Positions 46,630-57,197 of a stretch of 64,000 nt of DNA are shown in pieces (position 1 is the first letter of the stretch; every line of letters starts with the position of its first letter). Below the pieces are notes generated by a model. That model was not told where the DNA came from. It saw only the letters and a list, made by a program, of their open reading frames with translations, and did not search any database. This DNA is from Candidatus Oxydemutator sp. (GTDB taxonomy: Bacteria; Pseudomonadota; Gammaproteobacteria; Poriferisulfidales; Oxydemutatoraceae). The position numbers were made by a program, and so were the translations under genes. The stretch spans positions 224,001-288,000 of the forward strand of contig OZ241883.1 of assembly GCA_965203445.1 (NCBI GenBank). The letters run 5' to 3'.

Positions 46630-48145
46630 AGCCCAATTCCAGGTGCCCGAGTTCCGCGAATACCGCGTCATCCCGAAACTGCGCGAAGGCGCGATGGCGC
46701 ACAGCCAACCGTTCGTCGCCAAGCCCGATTTTCAGAAGCCGCTCGGTTTCCCCGGCGAACTGGTGGACGACTGGGAGCGCAAGGCGGTTGCGAAAATGGG
46801 CGAGTTGAACGAGAAGTACCGCTCGTTGCGGGTGTTTCTCGATTCGTGCGTCAAGTGCGGCGCGTGCACCGACAAGTGCCATTACTATCTGGGCACGACC
46901 GACCCCAACAACATGCCGGTCGCGCGCCAGGATCTGTACCGCAAGGTCTATCGGCGCTACTACACCTTCGCCGGCAAATACTTTCCGTGGCTGGTCGGCG
47001 CCAAGGACATGAGCCGGGAAGTGCTCGATCAGTGGTACACCTATTTCCACCAGTGTTCGCAATGCCGCCGCTGCTCGGTCTATTGCCCGTACGGAATAGA
47101 CACCGCCGAAATCTCGATGGCGGCGCGCGAGGTCATGGACCACGTCGGCCACGGGCAGAAGTACTGCAACGAGATCATCGGCAAGGTGCACACGGTCGGC
47201 AACAACCTGGGACTGCCGGAACCGGCGCTGCGCGACACCCTCGAGGGGCTCGAGGAAGAAGTCCTCGAGGACACCGGCGCGGCGGTGCGTTTTCCGCTCG
47301 ACGAGAAAGGCGCCGAGGTGCTGCTGGTGACGCCGTCGGCGGATTTCTTCGCCGAACCGCACGTGGACGGGCTGATCGGCTACGCCAAGGTGCTGCACCA
47401 GGCCGGCGTCTCATGGACCTTAAGCTCCTACGCGAGCGAAGCCGCCAACTTCGGCCTGTTCATCGGCAGCTACGAAAACATGCGCAAGTTGGCGCTGCGC
47501 ATACGCAAAGTGGCGCTCGAGCTCGGCGTCAGTCGCATCGTCTTCGGCGAGTGCGGCCACGCTTGGCGCGTCGCCTACAGTTTTCTGAACACGCTGGCCG
47601 GGCCGTTCGATTTCCTCGACCCCGATTATCCGGTGCCGCAACACGTCTGCGAGGTGACCCACGCCCTGATACAACAAGGCCGACTGCGGCTCGACCCGTC
47701 GCAAAACGACGACAAGATCGTAACCTTCCACGATTCGTGCAACGTCGCGCGCGCGTCGCGCATGGGTGGCGTGGCGGGCGGGCAGTTCACGATCCCGCGC
47801 GACATACTGCGCGCGTGCTGCAACCATTTTTACGACATGCCGGCGGAGACCACGCGCGAGGGCACCTACTGCTGCGGCGGCGGCGGCGGCCTGCTGACCG
47901 ACGATCTGCTAGAGTTGCGCGTCAAGGGCGCGCTGCCACGGATGGAGGCACTGAAGGAGGTCGTCGAGGACTACGGCGTGACCCACATGGCCGCGATCTG
48001 CGCGATCTGCAAAAGCCAGTTTTCCAAGGTGCTGCCTTACTACGGATTCACGATGGACCAGGTCGTAAGCCTGCATCAACTGGTCGGCGACGCGCTCGTG
48101 CTGGAAAAAGAAGCCGGCGCCGAAGCCGCGGAAAAGGCGGCCTGA
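46622..48145 (+). CDS. dsrK: Fe-S protein DsrK
   Basis: CVKCGACTDKC, CSQCRRCSVYCP, GECGHAWR, CCGGGGG. Confidence 0.96.
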   Translation: MAEAQFQVPEFREYRVIPKLREGAMAHSQPFVAKPDFQKPLGFPGELVDDWERKAVAKMGELNEKYRSLRVFLDSCVKCGACTDKCHYYLGTTDPNNMPVARQDLYRKVYRRYYTFAGKYFPWLVGAKDMSREVLDQWYTYFHQCSQCRRCSVYCPYGIDTAEISMAAREVMDHVGHGQKYCNEIIGKVHTVGNNLGLPEPALRDTLEGLEEEVLEDTGAAVRFPLDEKGAEVLLVTPSADFFAEPHVDGLIGYAKVLHQAGVSWTLSSYASEAANFGLFIGSYENMRKLALRIRKVALELGVSRIVFGECGHAWRVAYSFLNTLAGPFDFLDPDYPVPQHVCEVTHALIQQGRLRLDPSQNDDKIVTFHDSCNVARASRMGGVAGGQFTIPRDILRACCNHFYDMPAETTREGTYCCGGGGGLLTDDLLELRVKGALPRMEALKEVVEDYGVTHMAAICAICKSQFSKVLPYYGFTMDQVVSLHQLVGDALVLEKEAGAEAAEKAA

Positions 48146-48229
48146 ATGCGGCCCATGGTGCGGCTCATGGCGCGGCCCGTGATGCATCATAGGCGCCGCG
48201 ACGACGCCGAACAACGATAGGAGCAACCG

Positions 48230-50209
48230 ATGCCAGCAGCCAAGCAAACCACGATGACACGGGCGGGCGCCGAGGCGTCCGAACAAAAGCTGACCTTCCG
48301 ACGCTTTGCGGACGGCGATCACAAGTGGTCGAGCTTTTCCGACCAGATTTTCAGCGCCGATCATTCGCACAAGTGCCCGACCTACGTTCACCGCACGCCG
48401 CCGTGCCAGGGCAGTTGCCCCTCCGGCGAGGACATCCGCGGCTGGCTTGCGATCGTGCGCGGCATCGAGCTGCCGCCCGAAGGCACTTCGATGCAGGAAT
48501 ATGCATTCCGGCGCGCGACCGACGCCAACCCGTTTCCGGCGATGATGGGGCGGGTTTGTCCGGCGCCGTGCCAGGACGGTTGCAACCGCAACCACGTCGA
48601 GGACTACGTCGGCATCAACGCGGTCGAGCAGTACATCGGCGACACCGCGATAGCCGAAAACTTCGCGTACCTCGCGCCCCCCGAACCGAGCGGCAAGAAG
48701 GTTGCGATCATCGGCGGCGGGCCGGCCGGCCTGGCCGCGGCCTACCATCTGCGGCGCAAGGGACACGCCAGCGTCATTTTCGACGAGCACGAGGAACTGG
48801 GCGGCATGATGCGCTACGGCATCCCCGGCTACCGCACGCCGCGCGACCTGCTCGACCACGAGATCAAGCGCATCCTCGACCTGGGCGGCATAGACACGCG
48901 CTTGTCGGTGCGCGTCGGCAAGGACGTGTCGGTCGCCGAGATCGAGGACACGTTCGACGCGGTGCTGTGGTGTCTGGGCTGTCAGACCGGGCGCAGCCTG
49001 CCGGTGCCGAACGGCGACGCCAGCAACTGCATCAGCGGCGTCAAGTTTCTCGAGGTGTTCAACAAAGGGCTGCTCAAGGTGGCCTCGGACAAGGTGGTGT
49101 GCGTCGGCGGCGGCGACACCTCGATAGACGTGGTGTCGGTGGCGCGGCGTCTCGGCCAGATGCGCAGGCTGTCCGAGAACGAACGCCCGGAGTACGTCGT
49201 CGGCGGTCACGTCGCGCACGACGCCGCTTTTGCCGCGGCCCGCGAAGGCGCCGAGGTGGTGCTGACGTCGCTGTTCGAGCGCGAGGACATGACCGCCAGC
49301 GAGCACGAGGTGGAGGACGCGCTGAAGGAGGGCGTGCGCATATTGAACGGCGTGATGCCGGTTGCGGTGGTGCTCGGCGAAAACGGACGCGCGCGCGCGC
49401 TGAAAATGGCGAAGTGCAAGATGGAGGACAACCGCCCGCAACCGGTGGCGGGCACCGAATTCGAGGTCGAGTGCGACCTGGTCGTGTCGGCCATCGGCCA
49501 GGGCGGCGACTTGAGCGGCCTCGAGGAATTCGACAACGGCCGCGGCCTGATGGACGTCGACTCGTTCTACGGCGTCGCCGACAAGCCCGGGCATTTCGCC
49601 GCCGGCGACATCATCCGCCCGCACCTGCTGACGACCGCCATCGGCCAGGCCTCGATTGCCGCCGACGGCGTGGATTACTATCTGCGCAGCGCCGAGCTCG
49701 GCAAGCGCCCCAAGGTCGACGTGCACCATTTCGACCTGCTCAGCAAGTTGAAAGAGAGCGCGCTCGACCCGGAGGCGTTCGACGGCGGCGAGCAGCGCGG
49801 CACCTGCGACGCGGACTACTCGGTGCACAACTACGAAGACCGCGCCAGCCAGGAGGTCATACCCGCGGCGCGCTTGTTTCTCGGGCATTTCTCGTACGTC
49901 GCAAGAGAGATCCGCGGCGGGCGCGGCCCGACGGCCGAGGAAGTGTTGGGGCATTTCGAGGAACGCTCCGTCGGTCTCGACGAGGAACGGGCGGTCGCCG
50001 AGGCCGGGCGCTGCATGAGCTGCGGCATGTGCTTCGAGTGCGACAACTGCGTCATATTCTGCCCGCAGGACGCGGTTTTCCGCGTCGACAAAAAGAAGAA
50101 AACGACCGGACGCTACGTGGACACCGACTACGACCGCTGCATCGGCTGCCACATCTGCGCGGACGTGTGCCCGACCGGTTACATAGACATGGCGCTGGGA
50201 GACCATTGA
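48230..50209 (+). CDS. dsrL: NAD(P)H:acceptor oxidoreductase DsrL
   Basis: GltD-like fold with GGGPAG and GGGDT; C-terminal ferredoxin CMSCGMCFECDNC / CIGCHIC. Confidence 0.95.
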   Translation: MPAAKQTTMTRAGAEASEQKLTFRRFADGDHKWSSFSDQIFSADHSHKCPTYVHRTPPCQGSCPSGEDIRGWLAIVRGIELPPEGTSMQEYAFRRATDANPFPAMMGRVCPAPCQDGCNRNHVEDYVGINAVEQYIGDTAIAENFAYLAPPEPSGKKVAIIGGGPAGLAAAYHLRRKGHASVIFDEHEELGGMMRYGIPGYRTPRDLLDHEIKRILDLGGIDTRLSVRVGKDVSVAEIEDTFDAVLWCLGCQTGRSLPVPNGDASNCISGVKFLEVFNKGLLKVASDKVVCVGGGDTSIDVVSVARRLGQMRRLSENERPEYVVGGHVAHDAAFAAAREGAEVVLTSLFEREDMTASEHEVEDALKEGVRILNGVMPVAVVLGENGRARALKMAKCKMEDNRPQPVAGTEFEVECDLVVSAIGQGGDLSGLEEFDNGRGLMDVDSFYGVADKPGHFAAGDIIRPHLLTTAIGQASIAADGVDYYLRSAELGKRPKVDVHHFDLLSKLKESALDPEAFDGGEQRGTCDADYSVHNYEDRASQEVIPAARLFLGHFSYVAREIRGGRGPTAEEVLGHFEERSVGLDEERAVAEAGRCMSCGMCFECDNCVIFCPQDAVFRVDKKKKTTGRYVDTDYDRCIGCHICADVCPTGYIDMALGDH

Positions 50210-50688
50210 CGGGCGGTAACCGCCGGGCGGCCGCCGCGGCGCTCGCGGCCTCGGCGGCGGCGTGCATCGCGTTCGCGGCCGTCGCCGACGCCGACGATCA
50301 CCGAATGCCGGAACTTCCGAAAGCCAAGGGCGAGCGCTGCGTCGAGCCGACCGAAGTCATGCGCCGCCGCCACATGGAGTTCATCCTGCACCAGCGCGAT
50401 GAGACGGTGCACCGCGGCATCCGCACGCAGAAGCACCGCTTCGTCAACTGCATAGACTGCCACGTGCAGCGCAACGCCTCCGGCGACTGGCCGCGCCACA
50501 CCGACGACGATCATTTCTGCTCGGTCTGCCACCGCTACGCGGGCGTCAGCATGGACTGCTTCCAATGCCACGCCGACCGCCCGCAAGAAGCCTACCGACG
50601 CACCGGCGAGACGGCGCGCCGGGGATCGCGCGCGCGCCTGAGCCTGCGCGATTTGCAACGAACCCTGTCGCGCGAGGAGCCACGATGA
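50206..50688 (+). CDS. dsrJ: Triheme cytochrome c DsrJ
   Basis: CVEPTEVMRRRHM, CIDCH, CSVCH, CFQCH; start codon uncertain (TTG overlapping the dsrL stop). Confidence 0.9.
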   Translation: MTGGNRRAAAAALAASAAACIAFAAVADADDHRMPELPKAKGERCVEPTEVMRRRHMEFILHQRDETVHRGIRTQKHRFVNCIDCHVQRNASGDWPRHTDDDHFCSVCHRYAGVSMDCFQCHADRPQEAYRRTGETARRGSRARLSLRDLQRTLSREEPR

Positions 50689-51425
50689 GGAAAGCATACG
50701 ACCGCCGCGAGTTTCTGAAGACGGCGGCGCTGGCCGCGGGCCTGGCGATAGCACCCGGCGTCCTGCTCTACGGCGTCGGACGCGCCGGCGCGCGCGCCGC
50801 CGACGAGGCGGTCACGGGCGAGGTACGCTGGGGCATGTTGGTGGACGTCGGCGCGTGCGCCGACGGCTGCACCGCGTGCGTCGCCGCGTGCGACGAGGAG
50901 CACGGCCTGAGCGGCTTCGGACGCCCCGAGACCGACGCCCAATGGATACGCAAACTGACCGTGCGCGAGCGCGCCAGCGGCCACTCCAAATCGTTTCCGG
51001 TCATGTGTCAGCACTGCGAGCACCCGCCGTGCGAGGACGTGTGCCCCACCGGCGCGTCGTTTCGGCGCGCCGACGGCATCGTGCTCGTGGACAAGCACAC
51101 CTGCATCGGCTGCCGCTACTGCATGATGGCGTGCCCGTACAAAGCGCGCTCGTTCATCCACGAGGCGCTGACCGACCAACTGCCGCACGCGCCGCGCGGC
51201 AAGGGCACGGTCGAGAGCTGCACGCTGTGCGTGCACAAGGTGGACCGCGGCGACGGCACCACCGCCTGCGTCGAGGCGTGCGAGCGCGAGGGTCACCGCG
51301 CGCTGATGTTCGGCGATCTGAACGACCCCGACAGCGACATCTCGAGACGCCTGGCCGAATACGGCGGCGCGCAGATCCGCGCCGACCTCGGCTTGAACAC
51401 CGGCGTGCGTTACCAGGGGCTGTGA
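50685..51425 (+). CDS. dsrO: Periplasmic Fe-S protein DsrO
   Basis: Tat signal RREFLK; CQHCEHPPC..VCP and CIGCRYCMMACP. Confidence 0.94.
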   Translation: MRKAYDRREFLKTAALAAGLAIAPGVLLYGVGRAGARAADEAVTGEVRWGMLVDVGACADGCTACVAACDEEHGLSGFGRPETDAQWIRKLTVRERASGHSKSFPVMCQHCEHPPCEDVCPTGASFRRADGIVLVDKHTCIGCRYCMMACPYKARSFIHEALTDQLPHAPRGKGTVESCTLCVHKVDRGDGTTACVEACEREGHRALMFGDLNDPDSDISRRLAEYGGAQIRADLGLNTGVRYQGL

Positions 51426-52645
51426 ACGTGCGCCCGTTCCGTTACCGAACCCTCGACGCCGACGGCGTCGGCTTCTTCGCCGGATTGGCGCTGCTCGGGG
51501 GGCTGGCGCTCGCGGGCGCGGGCGCCGCCTGGTACATGGAGCACGAAGGCCACCACGTCACCGGCATGAGCAACCAGATCGTCTGGGGCGTGCCGCACGT
51601 CGTCGCGATCTTCCTGATCGTCGCCGCCTCGGGCGCGCTCAACGTCGCCTCGATGGCGTCGGTGTTCGGCAAACTCGACTATAAGCCGCTGGCGCGGCTG
51701 TCGGGCATCCTCGCAATCGCGTTGCTGGTCGGCGGCCTGGCGATTCTGGTGCTCGACCTCGGACGCCCCGACCGCCTCATCGTCGCGATGACCTACTACA
51801 ACTTCAAATCCATCTTCGCGTGGAACATCTTTCTCTACGTCGGCTTTGTGATCGTGGTCGCGGCCTACCTGTGGATGACGTTCGAGCGCCGCATGGCGCC
51901 CTACGCGAACGCCGTCGGCGTCGGCGCCTTCCTGTGGCGCCTGGTGCTGACCACCGGCACCGGCTCGATCTTCGGTTTTCTGGTCGCGCGCCAAGCCTAC
52001 GACGCCGCGGTCATGGCGCCGTTGTTCGTCGTCATGTCGTTCGCGTACGGTCTCGCGGTGTTCATTTTAGTATTGTTGGTCGCGGGGCGCCTCGCGCGCC
52101 GCCCGGTCGGCGACTACATCCTGTTCAAGCTGAAAAACCTGCTCGGCACGTTCGTCGCCGCGGTGTTGTATTTTGTGCTCGCCTTCAAGCTGACCAACCT
52201 CTACGCGGCCGAACACCACGGCGTCGAGGACTTCATCCTGCGTAGCGGCGGCATATACACCTTTTTATTCTGGGCCGTGCAGATCGGCGCCGGCAGCCTG
52301 CTGCCGCTGTTGCTGTTCTACCTGCCCGCGTGGTCGCGCTCGCGCGCCGCCGCCGCCGCCGGCTGCGCGCTGGTCGTCATCGGCGCGTTCGCGCAACTCT
52401 ACGTAATCGTCATCGGCGGCCAAGCGTACCCGCTGGTGCTGTTCCCCGGCATGGAGGAAAGCAGCAGCTTCTTCGACGGCGTCGTCGCCGCATACGCGCC
52501 GAGTCTGCCGGAACTGACGCTGGGCGTGGGCGGCGTCGCGCTGTCGCTGGCGGTGCTGACGTTCGCGCTGGCCGTACTCGACTTCCTGCCGGAAGACCTG
52601 TCCGACCGCCGCTTCATCGAAAACGCGCCGGCAACCGCCGAATAA
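51422..52645 (+). CDS. dsrP: NrfD-type membrane protein DsrP
   Basis: VTGMSNQIVWG, DLGRPDRL; multiple TM helices. Confidence 0.93.
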   Translation: MNVRPFRYRTLDADGVGFFAGLALLGGLALAGAGAAWYMEHEGHHVTGMSNQIVWGVPHVVAIFLIVAASGALNVASMASVFGKLDYKPLARLSGILAIALLVGGLAILVLDLGRPDRLIVAMTYYNFKSIFAWNIFLYVGFVIVVAAYLWMTFERRMAPYANAVGVGAFLWRLVLTTGTGSIFGFLVARQAYDAAVMAPLFVVMSFAYGLAVFILVLLVAGRLARRPVGDYILFKLKNLLGTFVAAVLYFVLAFKLTNLYAAEHHGVEDFILRSGGIYTFLFWAVQIGAGSLLPLLLFYLPAWSRSRAAAAAGCALVVIGAFAQLYVIVIGGQAYPLVLFPGMEESSSFFDGVVAAYAPSLPELTLGVGGVALSLAVLTFALAVLDFLPEDLSDRRFIENAPATAE

Positions 52646-52688
52646 CCCCGCGCGGCGACGGCCCGCAGCGCGGCGACGCGATACCGCG

Positions 52689-54089
52689 ATGGCACGATTC
52701 CTGGTCAGCGCAATCCGCAAGTCATCGGGCAAGACCGTCGTCTGCGCCGGCCTGTGCGCCGAATTGAGGGCGCGCGGCCTTGCAGTCCGCGCCTTCAAGA
52801 AAGGCCCCGACTACATTGACCCGCAATGGCTGGCGCTCGCCAGCGGCCGCGCCTGCTACAACCTTGATTTTCACGTGCAGTCGCACGAAGAGATCCGCGC
52901 ACTGGCGGCGGCGCGCGCGCCCGGGCGCGGCCACAGCCTGATCGAGGCGAACAAGGGGCTGTTCGACGGCGTCGCCGCCGACGGCAGCGACAGCAACGCG
53001 GCGCTCGCCAAGCTGCTCGACGCGCCGGTGGTGCTGGTCGTGGACTGCGAAGGCATGACGCGCGGCATCGCGCCGCTGTTGCAGGGCTACCGCGCCTTCG
53101 ACGCCGAAGTGACGATAGCCGGCGTCATCCTGAACCGCGTCGGCGGCGAACGCCACCGCGCCAAGCTGACCGCGGCGGTCGAGAACTACACCGACGTGCC
53201 GGTGTTGGGCGCGATCATGCGCGATGCGCGGCTGCAACTTCCAGAGAGGCACCTCGGCCTGGTGCCGTCCGCCGAGGCCGGCGGCGCCGCACAAAGAAGC
53301 GAGAGCATGCGCGAGGCCGTCGCCGCGCAGGTGGACGTGGACCTGTTGCTACGGGCCGTCGACACGTCGGGACACGCGCGGGAGGCCGCCGCCGTCGCTG
53401 CGCCGTTATCCGAAAACGGCGGAAACGACGGACTCAAACTGGCCGTGTTCAAGGACCGGGCTTTTCATTTTTATTATCCCGACGACCTCGAAGACCTCGA
53501 GCGCCGCGGCGTCGAACTGGCGTTCGTGGACGCCCTGCGCGACGCGCGCCTGCCGCCCGTGGACGGCCTGTTCATCGGCGGCGGCTTTCCGGAGACCCAG
53601 GCGGCGGCGCTCGAAGCCAACGGCGACCTGCGCGCCGACGTGGCGCGGGCGATCGGACGCGGGCTGCCGACCTACGCCGAGTGCGGCGGCCTGATGTATC
53701 TGTCGCGCGGCATCACTTGGCGGGGGCGGCGCTATCAGATGTGCGGCGTCGTCGAGGCCGACGTGCTGATGTGCGACGCGCCGCAGGGGCGCGGCTACGT
53801 CGAGTTCAGCGAAACCGCGAACATGCCGTGGCCGGCGGACGCGGACGCGCCGCGATTGCGGCGCGCGCACGAATTCCACTACTCGCGTCTGGTCGGCGCC
53901 GCCGCCTACGCCGCCGCCTACGCGGTCTCGCGCGGCACCGGCATAGGCGGCGGCAGGGACGGCATCGTCCACAAAAACCTGCTCGCCAGCTACCTCCATC
54001 TGCGCGCCACCGGCGGCGCGCGCTGGACCGCGCGCTTTGCCCGGTTCATGCGCCGGAAAATCCGTCGCAACCCGCACGCGGTGGAGTAA
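52689..54089 (+). CDS. dsrN: Siroheme amidase DsrN (CobB/CbiA-like)
   Basis: KSSGKT, FKKGPDYIDP, ERHLGLVP, YAECGGLMYL; last gene of the dsr cluster. Confidence 0.9.
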   Translation: MARFLVSAIRKSSGKTVVCAGLCAELRARGLAVRAFKKGPDYIDPQWLALASGRACYNLDFHVQSHEEIRALAAARAPGRGHSLIEANKGLFDGVAADGSDSNAALAKLLDAPVVLVVDCEGMTRGIAPLLQGYRAFDAEVTIAGVILNRVGGERHRAKLTAAVENYTDVPVLGAIMRDARLQLPERHLGLVPSAEAGGAAQRSESMREAVAAQVDVDLLLRAVDTSGHAREAAAVAAPLSENGGNDGLKLAVFKDRAFHFYYPDDLEDLERRGVELAFVDALRDARLPPVDGLFIGGGFPETQAAALEANGDLRADVARAIGRGLPTYAECGGLMYLSRGITWRGRRYQMCGVVEADVLMCDAPQGRGYVEFSETANMPWPADADAPRLRRAHEFHYSRLVGAAAYAAAYAVSRGTGIGGGRDGIVHKNLLASYLHLRATGGARWTARFARFMRRKIRRNPHAVE

Positions 54090-54145
54090 GGATGCCGTTG
54101 CCCCTATAATAAGGGATTACCGACAACCAACGCTAGCAGGAAATC

Positions 54146-54502
54146 ATGGCCAGAGTAACGGTCGAGGATTGCCTCGAAAAATTAGGAAACCAATTCAAGG
54201 TGGTGCAGGTCGCCGGGCACAGGGCGCGCCAACTCGAGATCGGCATGCCCGCGAAAGTCGAGGAAAACGGCGACAAGTCCACGGTCATCGCGCTGCGCGA
54301 GATCGCCGAGGGCCTGGTCACCGAGGAGGTCCTGGACGAACCGATCAACGAGTTCGAGGATCTCGACAGCGAACTGTCGCATCTGCTGCGGGCGGACGAA
54401 CCGGGCGCGACGATAGACGACGCTTTGCCCGACGACGAAGCCTCGCTCGAGGCCGGCGACGACCCGCAAGACGGCGCCACGCGACAACCTTCGGAGGAAT
54501 GA
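54146..54502 (+). CDS. rpoZ: RNA polymerase omega subunit with acidic C-terminal extension
   Basis: [10 protein letters not shown]...RARQL...[14 protein letters not shown]. Confidence 0.95.
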   Translation: MARVTVEDCLEKLGNQFKVVQVAGHRARQLEIGMPAKVEENGDKSTVIALREIAEGLVTEEVLDEPINEFEDLDSELSHLLRADEPGATIDDALPDDEASLEAGDDPQDGATRQPSEE

Positions 54503-56763
54503 CCCCGCCGGCGGGTTGGCGGCCGATGACGACTGCACGATCCGCGCACGCCGTGCCCCGCGTCGCGGCCACGAACGCGGTGCCATCCCCGGTTCCCGCC
54601 GGCGACGATTATTTCGTGCTCTCGGGCTTGCGCGAGACGCTCGCGGAATACCTGGGCGCGCGCGAGGTCGCCGAAATCCACAAAGCCTGCCGCTTCGGCG
54701 CGCGCGCGCACACCGGCCAGACGCGACGTTCCGGCGAACCGTACATCCACCATCCCATCGAGGTGGCGCGCACGATGGCCGAGCTGCGCCTGGACAAAAT
54801 CACGATCATCGCCGGTCTGTTGCACGACGTGCTCGAAGACACGCACGTAACGCGCGCGCGGCTGCGCGCCGAATTCGGCGGCGCCGTGACCGAAGTGGTC
54901 GAGGGCGTCAGCAAATTGCAGGGACTCGACTTCGAGAGCGTCGAGATCGAGCAGGCGGAAAACTTCCAGAAAATGATGCTGGCCATGGCCAAGGACCTGC
55001 GCGTCATCCTGGTCAAGATCGCCGACCGCCTGCACAACATGCGCACCCTGCGCCACATGCCGCAGGCGCGCCAGAAGGCCATCGCCCGCGAGACCCTCGA
55101 AATCTACGCGCCGCTGGCGTTGCGTCTCGGCATGGGCGAGGTACGCCTCGAGTTCGAGGACCTGGCGTTCAAGACGCTGCACCCGCGGCGGCGCGCGGTG
55201 CTCGAGAAACGGGTGCGCGAACGCGGCGGCAACCGCCTCGAACTGATGGAAAAGGCCGTCGCCGGAATCCGCCGTCATCTGCACGCCGCCGGCGTGCCGT
55301 GCCGGGTGCAGGGGCGGCGCAAGCACGTCTATAGCATCTACCGCAAGATGAGGGAAAAACGCCTGCCGTTCTCGCAGGTCATGGACATCTTCGCGGTACG
55401 CCTGGTGGTGGAAAACGTCGACGGCTGCTACCGCGCGCTCGGCCTGATGCACAACTTCTACAAGCCGGTGCCGGGGCGCTTCAAGGACTACATCGCGATC
55501 CCCAAGGCCAACGGCTACCAGTCGCTGCACACGATACTGTTCGGGCCGCAGGGCGTGCTGATGGAGACCCAGATCCGCACGCGCGAGATGGACGAGGTCG
55601 CGCAGACCGGTATCGCCGCGTACGCGCTCTACAAAATCGCCGACGGGCGCCAGCCGGGCGCGGGTTCCGACGGCGTCGTCAAGACCCAGCAGTGGTTGCA
55701 GGGGCTGTTCGGGTTTCCGCACGGCGCCGCCGATTCGCTCGAGTTCATGGAGCATCTGAAAGCCGGTCTGATACCGGACGACGTCTACGTGTTCACGCCG
55801 CAGGGCGAGATCATGGCGCTGCCGCGCAAGGCGACCGCGCTCGACTTCGCGTTCGCGGTGCACACCGACCTCGGGCTGGCGGCGACCGGCGCGCGCATAG
55901 ACAAGCGCCTGAGCATGTTGAGCACCGTGCTCCAAAGCGGACAGACCGTCGAGGTCGTGACCTCGGAAAACGCCAGGCCGAGTCCCGGTTGGCTCGGTTT
56001 TGCGGTGACCGCGAAGGCGCGCGCCGCGATCCGGCACTACCTGAAGAACATCCGCGACGACGAGGCGGTCAAGCTCGGCAAGCACCTGCTGAACGAGGCG
56101 CTGCGCAATTACCAGACCAGTCTCGGCGAAATTGACAAGGGCTGGTTCGACAAGGTCGCCCTGGCGCTCGAGGTCGCCGGACGCGACAACCTGTTCCGCG
56201 AGATCGGCCTCGGCAACCACATCCCGCAGTTGATCGCGGCGCGTCTGGCCGACTCCGAGCGCGTCGCCGCAAGGCCGCTCGAGATCGCGCGCTCGAGCGC
56301 GCTGCGCGGCGCCAAGGGCATGGTCGTGACCTACGCCAAATGCTGCTACCCGATTCCGGAGGACGCGGTCGTCGGCATTATGAGCCCCGGCAAGGGGCTG
56401 GTCGTGCACCGCGACGGCTGCCCGAACGCGGCCACGGCGCGGCGCAAAAAAGACGGCGTCCTCGCGCTGCAATGGAGCGGCGAGAGCGGCGCCGGCGACG
56501 AATACTCGGCCGCGATCCGCGCCGTGACCCGCCACCAGCGCGGCGTCCTCGCGAGCATCGCCGCGAAGGTCGCCGAGATGGGATCGAACATAGAAAACAT
56601 ATCCATCGAGGAGCGCGGCACCGAGACCGCCGCGATCACGTTCGTCATCAGCGTCAACGGCGGCGCCCAGCTCGACAAGATCATGCGCAAGATCGTACAA
56701 GCGGTCGAGGGCACCGAGGTGCAGAGGATCGGCATCCCCGAGAAAGCCGGCGCCGGTCATTGA
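54499..56763 (+). CDS. spoT: (p)ppGpp synthetase/hydrolase
   Basis: [15 protein letters not shown] (HD intact), [20 protein letters not shown]; TGS and ACT domains; start uncertain. Confidence 0.94.
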   Translation: MTPPAGWRPMTTARSAHAVPRVAATNAVPSPVPAGDDYFVLSGLRETLAEYLGAREVAEIHKACRFGARAHTGQTRRSGEPYIHHPIEVARTMAELRLDKITIIAGLLHDVLEDTHVTRARLRAEFGGAVTEVVEGVSKLQGLDFESVEIEQAENFQKMMLAMAKDLRVILVKIADRLHNMRTLRHMPQARQKAIARETLEIYAPLALRLGMGEVRLEFEDLAFKTLHPRRRAVLEKRVRERGGNRLELMEKAVAGIRRHLHAAGVPCRVQGRRKHVYSIYRKMREKRLPFSQVMDIFAVRLVVENVDGCYRALGLMHNFYKPVPGRFKDYIAIPKANGYQSLHTILFGPQGVLMETQIRTREMDEVAQTGIAAYALYKIADGRQPGAGSDGVVKTQQWLQGLFGFPHGAADSLEFMEHLKAGLIPDDVYVFTPQGEIMALPRKATALDFAFAVHTDLGLAATGARIDKRLSMLSTVLQSGQTVEVVTSENARPSPGWLGFAVTAKARAAIRHYLKNIRDDEAVKLGKHLLNEALRNYQTSLGEIDKGWFDKVALALEVAGRDNLFREIGLGNHIPQLIAARLADSERVAARPLEIARSSALRGAKGMVVTYAKCCYPIPEDAVVGIMSPGKGLVVHRDGCPNAATARRKKDGVLALQWSGESGAGDEYSAAIRAVTRHQRGVLASIAAKVAEMGSNIENISIEERGTETAAITFVISVNGGAQLDKIMRKIVQAVEGTEVQRIGIPEKAGAGH

Positions 56764-56789
56764 CCCCCCAACCCGAGGCGAGGCGGAAC

Positions 56790-57173
56790 GTGGGCAAAAA
56801 AACGATAACGACCGAGCGCGCGCCGCGCGCCATCGGAACCTATTCGCAGGCGGTGCGCGCCGGCGATACGGTGTACCTTTCCGGCCAGATCCCGCTGCAC
56901 CCGGAGACCATGGAACTGATCGAAGGCGACGTCCGCGCCCAGGCGCACCGGGTGTTCGCCAACTTGGCGGCAGTCGCCGCCGCCGCCGGCGGCGGCCTGG
57001 ACGACGTCGTCAAACTGAACGTCTATCTGGCCGACGTCCGCGACTTTCCGATCATCAACGAGGTAATGAGCGAGTATTTCAGCGAGCCGTACCCGGCGCG
57101 GGCGGCGCTCGGCGTCGCCGCGCTGCCGAAAGGCGCCGGCGTCGAAATCGAAGCGATTATGCACCTGGGCTGA
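56790..57173 (+). CDS. RidA/YjgF family enamine deaminase
   Basis: [37 protein letters not shown]. Confidence 0.93.
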   Translation: MGKKTITTERAPRAIGTYSQAVRAGDTVYLSGQIPLHPETMELIEGDVRAQAHRVFANLAAVAAAAGGGLDDVVKLNVYLADVRDFPIINEVMSEYFSEPYPARAALGVAALPKGAGVEIEAIMHLG

Positions 57174-57197
57174 AGCGCGGCGCCGCGGCCGCCGGCA

